A stretch of DNA of 64,000 nt, taken from positions 3,232,001 to 3,296,000 of the forward strand of contig OZ243972.1 in assembly GCA_965214705.1 (NCBI GenBank), written 5' to 3'. This DNA is from Alphaproteobacteria bacterium (GTDB lineage: Bacteria > Pseudomonadota > Alphaproteobacteria > UBA828). Made by a program: the position numbers and the translations under genes. Shown here one piece after another: positions 56,620 to 64,000 of the stretch (position 1 is its first letter; each line of letters opens with the position of its first letter). The notes beneath the pieces are model-generated. The model had not been told where the DNA came from and ran no database searches. It saw nothing but the letters and a program-made list of their open reading frames with translations.

Positions 56620-56739
56620 AGCGAGTCCGTCTTTGACGGACTCGCGACAGGCCGCGACCGCGGCCCGCCGCTCCTGCGGCGCCCTCGCGGAGGCGCCGGC
56701 CGTAGGCCGGCTGCCGTGAGCGACAAATGCTTCAAGGGA

Positions 56740-58614
56740 TCACCCGGCCGCGCTGCGGGGCGCGGCGGCGAGAGCGTCGCGCGCCGAATCCTCTTCGCGC
56801 CCGTCGTCGAACTGGAGCGCCGCGAGCCTCGCGTAGAGCCCGCCGCGCGCCATCAGCGCCCGGTGCGTGCCCTCGGCGACCACGCGGCCTTCGTCCATCA
56901 CCACGATACGGTCCGCCTTCTGCACGGTGGCGAGGCGATGCGCGATGACGATGGTGGTCCGCCCTGCCATCAGCCGCTCCAGCGCCGCCTGCACTGCGCG
57001 CTCGCTCTCGGCATCCAGCGCGCTGGTGGCCTCGTCGAGCAGCAGCACCGCCGGGTTGCGCAGCACGGCGCGGGCGATCGCAAGCCGTTGCTTCTGCCCG
57101 CCCGAGAGCCTGGTTCCCTTCTCGCCGAGGAAGGTATCAAAACCCTCCGGCAGGCTGTCGAGGAAGGCCGCCGCCCCCGCCGCCTCTGCTGCGGCGCGGA
57201 CCTCGTCGTCGCTCGCTTCGGGCCGACCGAAGCGGATGTTTTCCCGCGCGCTCGTCGCAAACATCACCGCATCCTGCGGCACCAGCGCGAAGGAGCGCCG
57301 CACCGCCTCCAGCGAAGCCTCCCGCAGGTCCACCCCGTCGAGCACGACGCGCCCGTCCTCGGGGTCGTAGAAGCGGAGCAGCAGATTGAACACGGTCGAC
57401 TTGCCCGCACCCGAGGGGCCCACCAGGGCCACCGTCTCGCCCGGCGCGACGGCGAGCGAGAACCCCTCCAGCGCCGGCGCGTCCGGCCGCGCGGGGTAGT
57501 GGAAGGTGGCGCGGTCCAGCTCGACGGCGCCCTGTTGCGGCTCCGGCAACGGCTTCGCCATCGCAGGCGAGGGCGCAAGCGCGGGCTCCTCGTTGAGCAG
57601 CTCCGCCAGCCGCTCGGCCGCGCCCGCCGCATGCTGCAGGTCGCCGTAGACCTCGCTGAGCGAGCCCACCGAGCCCGCGACCACCACGGCGTAGAACATG
57701 AAGGCGGTCATCTCGCCGCCGGTCATCTCGCCCTGCAGCACGGTGGTGCCGGCGATCCAGAGCACGAGGCCCACGCCGCAGAAGACCAGCAGGATGACGA
57801 TCGCGGTCAACATCGCCCGCGCCTGCACGCGCCGCAGCGCCGCGCGGAACGCCGCCTCCACGTGGTCGCCGAAGCGCTCGCCGCTCCGCTCCTCCTGGCC
57901 GAAGGCCTGCACGGTGCGGATGCCGCCGAGTGCCTCTTCGAGGTGGCCGCCGACATCGCCCACGCGGTCCTGGGCCACGCGGGAGAAGCGCCGCACGCGC
58001 CGGCCGAGCACGACGATGGGGATCACCACCACGGGCACCATCAGCACCACGAAGCCGGTGAGCGTCGGGCTGGTCACCACCAGCATCGCGCTCGCGCCGA
58101 GGAAGAGCAGCAGGTTGCGCAGCGCCGAGGACGCCTGCTGGCCGATCACGGTCTGCAGCAGGGTGGTGTCGGTGGTGATGCGCGAGAGCAGCTCCCCCAC
58201 CTTGTTGATCTCGAAGAAGGCCGGGCTCAGCCCCACCAGGCGGCGGAAGATCGCGCGCCTGATGTCGGCCACCACCCGCTCGCCGAGCCAGGAGACGAGG
58301 TAGAAGCGCGCAAACGAACCGCCCGCCAGCAGCGCCACCATGCCCGCCATGTAGATCAGCGCATGGTGGAGCCGCGAGATCTCCTCCGCGCTGAGGCCGT
58401 CGTCGATCAGGACCCGGAGCCCCTGGCCCATCGCGAGCACCGCCGCGGCGCTGACGCAGAGCGCGAAGACCGCCGCCACGATCACTCCGCGGTAGGGCCG
58501 GAGGAAGCGGAACAGGTAGCGGATGCGGCGGATCTCGCCACGGGGCGGCAGGGCTGACGCCGCCGGCGAATCGCCGGAGCGCCGCCGCCTCGCTTCCGAT
58601 CCGAAGATGCTCAC
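56740..58614 (-). CDS. ABC exporter, fused permease/ATPase (MsbA-like)
   Basis: Six TM region, [25 protein letters not shown]. Confidence 0.92.
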   Translation of the reverse strand: MSIFGSEARRRRSGDSPAASALPPRGEIRRIRYLFRFLRPYRGVIVAAVFALCVSAAAVLAMGQGLRVLIDDGLSAEEISRLHHALIYMAGMVALLAGGSFARFYLVSWLGERVVADIRRAIFRRLVGLSPAFFEINKVGELLSRITTDTTLLQTVIGQQASSALRNLLLFLGASAMLVVTSPTLTGFVVLMVPVVVIPIVVLGRRVRRFSRVAQDRVGDVGGHLEEALGGIRTVQAFGQEERSGERFGDHVEAAFRAALRRVQARAMLTAIVILLVFCGVGLVLWIAGTTVLQGEMTGGEMTAFMFYAVVVAGSVGSLSEVYGDLQHAAGAAERLAELLNEEPALAPSPAMAKPLPEPQQGAVELDRATFHYPARPDAPALEGFSLAVAPGETVALVGPSGAGKSTVFNLLLRFYDPEDGRVVLDGVDLREASLEAVRRSFALVPQDAVMFATSARENIRFGRPEASDDEVRAAAEAAGAAAFLDSLPEGFDTFLGEKGTRLSGGQKQRLAIARAVLRNPAVLLLDEATSALDAESERAVQAALERLMAGRTTIVIAHRLATVQKADRIVVMDEGRVVAEGTHRALMARGGLYARLAALQFDDGREEDSARDALAAAPRSAAG

Positions 58615-58730
58615 CGCTGCCGCCCCCCGTTCTGGTGGCGGCACGATATCCGAGTCGCGGCGGAGCCAATAGCCGCTTGCGCCGGGCGCGCCGCGTCTAT
58701 ATGAAAGCCGCGCGACAAGCGGGGCCCGCC

Positions 58731-58955
58731 ATGAAGAAAGACATTCATCCCGATTACCACGAGATCACCGTCGTCCGGACCGACGGCAGCACCTTTACCA
58801 CGCGGTCCACGTGGGGCAAGGCGGGCGACACGCTCACCCTCGATATCGATCCCCTGTCGCACCCGGTGTGGACCGGCGGGGCCCAGCGCATCGTCGACCG
58901 CGGCGGCCAGGTCTCGCGCTTCAACAAGCGCTTCGGCGACTTCGGCCTGAACTAA
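58731..58955 (+). CDS. rpmE: 50S ribosomal protein L31 (Cys-free type)
   Basis: [24 protein letters not shown]. Confidence 0.95.
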   Translation: MKKDIHPDYHEITVVRTDGSTFTTRSTWGKAGDTLTLDIDPLSHPVWTGGAQRIVDRGGQVSRFNKRFGDFGLN

Positions 58956-58957
58956 GT

Positions 58958-58983
58958 CTCGCACGCGCGAAGCGTCGTGCGAG
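58958..58983 (+). terminator. Hairpin after rpmE
   Basis: CTCGCACG...CGTGCGAG stem; no clear U-tract. Confidence 0.4.
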
Positions 58984-59019
58984 CGAAACCAAGAGTCCCG
59001 AACGCCTGACTTCCCCCAC

Positions 59020-59051
59020 CGTCATGGCCAGACTCGTTCCGGCCATCCATG
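59020..59051. repeat. Alphaproteobacterial REP-like unit (GTCATGGCC...GGCCATCCA type)
   Basis: Imperfect palindrome; degenerate inverted partner at ~59434-59463. Confidence 0.55.
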
Positions 59052-59120
59052 TCCCGCGCGTCTGAGGCTCGTGTGCCGAAGGGTCATGTGCCCAAGAGCG
59101 GCCTTGTGTCTCGTCGGCCC

Positions 59121-59431
59121 GGTGGGATTATCCCAAAAGTTAATTTTAGGCGGCCTATTCCGGCCCACTCCGGCCCAAAGTGGCCCAAGGTGGTCCGAGG
59201 CGGGCGGCCCAAGGTGGCCCAAGGTCGCCCACGCGACAAAATAATCGCAACCACGGAAGCAGAGGCCCGCCTGCCCATCGATCTTGCTTGCCGTGACCCG
59301 CTCGCTTTCGCACTGCGTCGCGCGGATACACGCGCGGGAAAATAATCGAACCATCTCGCGATCCTGACGCAGTCACCCCGCCCTGTGCACCGCACCATAG
59401 TCCGGGGAGTCGGGAGGGGAGGAGTCCCACC
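59121..59431 (-). repeat. Dispersed element copy 3, bounded by GGTGGGA/TCCCACC
   Basis: Head at 59411-59352 aligns with copies 1 and 2; tandem GGCCCAAGGT-like 10-mers at 59162-59230. Confidence 0.7.
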
Positions 59432-59506
59432 ATGTCTTGCCCCGACCAGGTCCGGCACGACGGCATGTGACAGCGATTGGAATGGAAAGAGCGCCCCGGC
59501 TCTTCC

Positions 59507-59755
59507 CTAAATGCAGTCGAAGTGGAAATGTTTGATGGTGCAGGCCTCGTCCTTGCATTGAACCCTGGTGGGCTGCGCGACCTTGCCGTGAACTGCGCAT
59601 CCCCTCTCGGCTGCGCTCCACACCCTTTGTTCTTGGGTTAAGTGACCCGCCTTTATGACGATGTTGCCGCTGTCGAGGTGTTCGACGACCGACGCGGACT
59701 GAGCGCAACCGGCAACGGCCAAGGCGACGATCCCGACAACCAGCAGGCGTCTCAT
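59507..59755 (-). CDS. Small lipoprotein (82 aa)
   Basis: GGAGG RBS, signal peptide with lipobox VAGC, four further Cys. Confidence 0.7.
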   Translation of the reverse strand: MRRLLVVGIVALAVAGCAQSASVVEHLDSGNIVIKAGHLTQEQRVWSAAERGCAVHGKVAQPTRVQCKDEACTIKHFHFDCI

Positions 59756-60133
59756 CGTTCCCTCCCTGCGTTGATCGCGCGCGCCTCGGACTTGCCGCCA
59801 AGGGTCGCAGGCGATGCGCGGCGCGTCAGGCTGGCCTCATGCTGCACCGCTCGCGCCGCTTACCACCATTATAGGGCTGTCCCTGGCCCCTCGTGTCTCG
59901 TTTTGAAGGTTTGCCGGAAGCTGGGTCTGCGCGCGCCCGCTCCACCAGTTATTCCTCACATCGTTATGGCCGTGTGTGGACGCCTCGTGTGTGGAGTCGT
60001 TCCGGGCAGCTCTTTCGATCAGTCCGACCGCGCGTGGGTGGGCACGGGGGTTGCGCGCAGGTCGGCGCGATAACCTATTGAAATGGGGTGATACGACGAG
60101 GTCGAATTCGCACGCCAAACAACAATCGGGGAC

Positions 60134-61387
60134 TTACACGGCGGCCCAGTGGGAGCCTTCGATCCCGCCCACCCGCCGGCCGGCCTTGATGTGAATACGA
60201 CGGCCGGGGAGGCGCCGCAGGACATCGACCAGGTTGGTGGCCTCAAACACCACCAGGTCGGCGGGGGAGCCTGCGGCAACCTCGGGCACGGGCGCGCCGA
60301 TGATCTTCGCCGCGCGCGTGGTCACCATCTCGAAGCCCTCGCGGACCTCCTCGTCGAGCCTCATGCCGGCGCTGTGCACGGTCATGTAGGCGAGCTCCAC
60401 CGGGTCCATCCGGTTGAAGCGGTACCAGATGTCGTACATGTTGTCGGCGCCGGCGGCGACGTTGATGCCGGCGTCGAGCATCTCCTTCACCCGCGACGAG
60501 CCCCGGTTCTGGGGCGTCCGGCCCTCACCGCCCAGCATCTGGAGGTTGGCGATCGGCAGCACGGTCACCGCCATGTCGGCGTCCAGCACCTTGTCGATCA
60601 CCCGCGTCGCCTCCTCGTCGGGGTAGACCGCGAGCGCGTTGCAGTGGCTGGCGACGACCCGGCCCTGCATGCCGTGGGCGACGGTGGCCTCGGCCAGCAT
60701 CTCCAGCGTCTTGAGCTCGGCCCGATCCATGTAGTCGGCATGCATTTCCACGCCCACGTCGAACTCGGCGGCGAGATCGAGCACCGTCTCGACGTGCGTG
60801 CGCTGGTCTTCCACCGAGGCCTCGACCTCCGGCAGGCCGCCGACCGCCGCAGCGCCCGTGCCGAGCGCCTCGCGCAGCAGCGCCGGCGCCTCCGGGTCCG
60901 CGACGATCCCTTCCTGTGGGAAGGCGACGAGGGTGACGTCAACGACGCCGGCGAAGCGATCGCGCGCGCGCATCACGCCTTCGAAGGAGACCAGCTTGGT
61001 CGCGAAGTCCACGTCGATCTGGGCGTGCAGGCGGCCGATGCCGTGGGCTGCGGCGAGCCTGAGGGCGGTGCTGGCGCGCTCCTCCACGTCGGCGACGGTG
61101 AAATGGATCTTGGCCTCGCGGGCGCGGTCCAAGGCTTCCTGCGGCCCGCGCGCTCCCAGCAGGTCGCGGCTCAGAACCTTGTCGATATGAAAATGGGGAT
61201 CGACGAAGGAGGGCGTGACCAGCCCGCCGCGCGCATCGATGCGCGCCGCCGCGTGGCCGTCGAGGGTAGGCGCGACCGCCTCGATACGGCCGTCGCGGAT
61301 GCCGATGGAGACCGGCGCCGCATCGTCGAGACGCACCGCGTCGTGAATAAGAAGGTCCCACTCGGGGCCCGGAGCCGCGTCCGTCAT
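60134..61387 (-). CDS. Cytosine/creatinine deaminase-like metal-dependent amidohydrolase
   Basis: DPHFHIDK, VAFPQEG, MHAD, SHC, GADN. Confidence 0.88.
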   Translation of the reverse strand: MTDAAPGPEWDLLIHDAVRLDDAAPVSIGIRDGRIEAVAPTLDGHAAARIDARGGLVTPSFVDPHFHIDKVLSRDLLGARGPQEALDRAREAKIHFTVADVEERASTALRLAAAHGIGRLHAQIDVDFATKLVSFEGVMRARDRFAGVVDVTLVAFPQEGIVADPEAPALLREALGTGAAAVGGLPEVEASVEDQRTHVETVLDLAAEFDVGVEMHADYMDRAELKTLEMLAEATVAHGMQGRVVASHCNALAVYPDEEATRVIDKVLDADMAVTVLPIANLQMLGGEGRTPQNRGSSRVKEMLDAGINVAAGADNMYDIWYRFNRMDPVELAYMTVHSAGMRLDEEVREGFEMVTTRAAKIIGAPVPEVAAGSPADLVVFEATNLVDVLRRLPGRRIHIKAGRRVGGIEGSHWAAV

Positions 61388-61426
61388 GTCTCCTCCGCCG
61401 TCATTGATTTCGTCGAGGCCGCGTTG

Positions 61427-62632
61427 TCACTCCCAGTAGATCGGCGAGGTGGTGATGACCTCGACGCTGTCCTTGTGGACGATCAGGTTCTGCTCGAAGC
61501 CCACCGCGCCGACCCCCTCCCAGGCGAGGAAGGCCTCGGAGCTGCAGACCATGTTCTCCTGGATGAGCTGGTCCTCGTCGCAGGTCGAAAGGCCGTACAT
61601 CGGGTTCTCGAACATCATGTCGCAGAGGTGGCCGTAGAGCGGCCATTGCAGGCCGGCCTGATCGACCGTGTCGCCGCCGCCCGCTTCCCTGGTCAGCCGG
61701 TCGCCCTCGCGCGCGAGCTCGTGGGGTGAGACGCCGGGGCGGATCTTCGCCATCACGCCGTCGACGATGCTCATGCAGGCTTCCATCAGCTCGCGTTGCG
61801 TGTTGCTCGGCCGGCGCCCGCACACCGCCGTCCGCCCCGGATCCAGGAAATAGCCGTGGCGCATCGGCCCCATGATCCAGGCGCGCACGAAATCGCCGTC
61901 TGCGGGCGCGGAATCTGGATCGGCGCCGCTCAGCGGATAGCGGCTGAAATTGTTCATCTCGTCGCCGGTGCCGTGGGAGAGGCGGATGATCGCGGGAATG
62001 CCGCCTCGGCGCACCACTTCGGCAGCGCCGGCGGCGGCGGCCTCGGCCTCGGTCTGGCCCGAGACGAGGCCCTCCATGATGAGCGTCAGCGCGCGGCTCG
62101 CGATGTCGCCGGCCTCGCGAAAGACATCGAGTTCGCGCGGACTCTTGACGTGCTGCACCGACTTGACGAGGTCGTCTTCGGGGCACCAGTCGATGCGCGG
62201 GCACCATTCGCGCAGCCAGTCCATGTACTTGCAGGGCAGAAAGTCCGTGCCGACGATGGCGACCGGCCCGGTGATCCCCTGCTCGTTGAGCGCGTCGGCG
62301 GTGCCCTTGATCGGGTTCTGGTGCCAGTGCCAGTTGTCCGTCGCGAGCCAGTCCGCCGGCTCCAGGAGCTCGTCGTTGTGCAGCTCGGGCTCCCGGCCCG
62401 CGCGCATGATCACGGCGTTGTGGCCGCGCCCCTGCCAGAGGTTGTTGTCCGGCGTCTGGCCTGGGTGCCCCGAATAGTGGTTCACCAGCCAAAGAAGGTT
62501 GGCGCGGCGGTCGTATGAGCTCGCGCCGCGCGACCAGATGACGGCGGTCTCGTAGCCGCGCCGCGCCATCTCGCCGTGGACCTTGGCCCAGCGCGCCTCG
62601 TATTCCTCCCTGGGAAAGACCTGGCTCGTCAT
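61427..62632 (-). CDS. M24 (pita-bread fold) hydrolase, creatinase/Xaa-Pro peptidase-like
   Basis: Creatinase_N-like N-terminus (FPREEYEARW), VKSPRE, GYFLDPGRT, VGFEQN. Confidence 0.82.
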   Translation of the reverse strand: MTSQVFPREEYEARWAKVHGEMARRGYETAVIWSRGASSYDRRANLLWLVNHYSGHPGQTPDNNLWQGRGHNAVIMRAGREPELHNDELLEPADWLATDNWHWHQNPIKGTADALNEQGITGPVAIVGTDFLPCKYMDWLREWCPRIDWCPEDDLVKSVQHVKSPRELDVFREAGDIASRALTLIMEGLVSGQTEAEAAAAGAAEVVRRGGIPAIIRLSHGTGDEMNNFSRYPLSGADPDSAPADGDFVRAWIMGPMRHGYFLDPGRTAVCGRRPSNTQRELMEACMSIVDGVMAKIRPGVSPHELAREGDRLTREAGGGDTVDQAGLQWPLYGHLCDMMFENPMYGLSTCDEDQLIQENMVCSSEAFLAWEGVGAVGFEQNLIVHKDSVEVITTSPIYWE

Positions 62633-62701
62633 GGCCGCCCCCTTCGACCTGCCGCCACGGAAGGTTACTTCCATCGGCGGCTTTCCACCAATGGGCGGGA
62701 G

Positions 62702-63067
62702 CTAGCGCTGCCTCCTCGACCACGGCGGGGCACCTGAGCCATGTTCTTGGGTGACGCTGAGTCGCCCAGCCGCAATCAGGGCGTCCAGCGCCTCCCGGAG
62801 CGAGCGGCCGGACACCAGGTATTTGCTGATCTTGCCGGGCGGGAGCGTCAGATCGCGCTGCTTGAGTGCGCCCGAGACATACGCACGTATCTCCGCGAAG
62901 GAGCGGAGCTCGGCGAGGATCGGTGCGAGCAGCCCGTCGAGCTCGTCGAGCGCAAGCGATGTCTCCCATTCGACCGTGATTTTCTGCTCGAAGCTGTAGC
63001 TGCCTTCGAGCAGGATCGCATCGGGGCGCGGCCGGTCGGGCCGCCTAGCGCGCCGCGCCTGCGCCAT
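62702..63067 (-). CDS. Hypothetical protein (121 aa)
   Basis: ATG overlapping the LysR 3' end; coding-like composition. Confidence 0.55.
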   Translation of the reverse strand: MAQARRARRPDRPRPDAILLEGSYSFEQKITVEWETSLALDELDGLLAPILAELRSFAEIRAYVSGALKQRDLTLPPGKISKYLVSGRSLREALDALIAAGRLSVTQEHGSGAPPWSRRQR

Positions 63068-63989
63068 GGGCCACCGCCTCGGGTCCCAGCACCTTCGTCC
63101 TGGTGAGCCTGCGGTCGAGCACCTCGACAATGGCGGCCGTCAGCGCGCGAATGGCGCCGGTCGCCCCGGCAGGATTCCAGAAGAGGCCGATATCGAAGTC
63201 GTCGAGAGCGGGCAGCTCCGGACACGGCGGCAATGGGCGGAGCGTGGGCGGTACGGTGCTCTGCGAGATCGCGGTGAGCCCGAGCCCGCTTTCGATCGCC
63301 GCCTGATTGCCGGCGAGATTCGAGCTGGAATAGACGATCCGGTAAGGGATGTCGCGGCGCCGCAGCGCGCTGAGCACGCGCAGTCGGTACTGGCAGCCAT
63401 CCGGGAACAGGACCAGCGGAAGCGGGCGCCGCACGCGCAGATCGTGGGCCTGGCTGCCGACCCAGGCCATCGGCTCGCGCCATTGATCCGTCAGATGTGC
63501 GGTCGATCTGTCGTCGTGCACGGCCAGCACAACGTCGAACGCGTTCCGGGCGAGGCCGCCGACCAGGTCGCGGCTCAGCTCGCAGGTCACGTCGAGCGCG
63601 ACATCCGGGTGGGTCTCGGAGAACCGGCCGAGCAGTTGGGGCAGGAACGAGAGCGCGAAGTCGCTGGGAATGCCGACGCGGATCGTCCCGGTCAGGATGC
63701 CGCCGTCCAGGCGACCCACGCATTCGTCGTTCAAGGCGACGATCTGCTTGGCATACTCAAGGACGATCTCGCCCTGCGGCGTGAGACCGAAGGACTTGCC
63801 TGAATTGGTGAGGATCGGCGAGCCGACGATCTGCTGCAGCCGCCGCATCTGCAGGCTTACCGCCGACTGCGAGCGGCCGATCTCTTCGCCAGTGCGCGAG
63901 AAGCTCTGCGTCCGGTCCAGAACGAGCAGCGTTCTCAACAGGTCGATCGGGAGGATGCGTTCCATTCGTGCATCATGAGAGACACTCAT
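63045..63989 (-). CDS. LysR-family transcriptional regulator
   Basis: LRTL...SFSRTGEEIGRSQSAVSLQMRRL HTH, LTPQG; alternative start 63965. Confidence 0.93.
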   Translation of the reverse strand: MSVSHDARMERILPIDLLRTLLVLDRTQSFSRTGEEIGRSQSAVSLQMRRLQQIVGSPILTNSGKSFGLTPQGEIVLEYAKQIVALNDECVGRLDGGILTGTIRVGIPSDFALSFLPQLLGRFSETHPDVALDVTCELSRDLVGGLARNAFDVVLAVHDDRSTAHLTDQWREPMAWVGSQAHDLRVRRPLPLVLFPDGCQYRLRVLSALRRRDIPYRIVYSSSNLAGNQAAIESGLGLTAISQSTVPPTLRPLPPCPELPALDDFDIGLFWNPAGATGAIRALTAAIVEVLDRRLTRTKVLGPEAVAHGAGAAR

Positions 63990-64000
63990 GGAACTATATT

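Noticed and set aside
59162-59230. Short tandem repeats as a CRISPR array
   Set aside because: Units are ~10 bp with no unique spacers, and there are no cas genes in the window

Overview
High-GC alphaproteobacterial chromosome segment (Rhodospirillales-like gene order; possibly a marine or host-associated lineage, which is inference). Most of it is housekeeping: purC-S-Q-L-bolA-grxD, DAHP synthase-pncB-nadE-cysS-trmJ-rpsD, gor, mnmA-rnd, two peroxiredoxins, acnA, ccmABC, accA, aroKB, xerD, a MotA/MotB-like pair and rpmE. Nitrogen-heterocycle/amine catabolic genes sit at both ends and in the middle (Dpp/Opp ABC ATPases, dihydropyrimidinase, GcvT-family dehydrogenase, deaminase, M24 hydrolase, LysR). 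Accessory features: (1) a NYN/PIN-like nuclease gene with a promoter-hairpin-terminator leader, resembling type III toxin/RNA-antitoxin layout; (2) a beta-barrel lipoprotein interrupted by one in-frame amber codon; (3) a complete ISAs1-family element with TIRs, a 10-bp TSD, a DUF4338 fusion and a -1 slippery site; (4) an IS4-family element that truncated a MORN-repeat gene; (5) a vapBC module; (6) three dispersed copies of an unannotated ~220-310 bp element with a conserved 60-nt head and a ~10-bp-periodic tail, each beside REP-like palindromes. No rRNA, tRNA or CRISPR array was recognised. All assignments come from reading motifs by eye; no database search was run.
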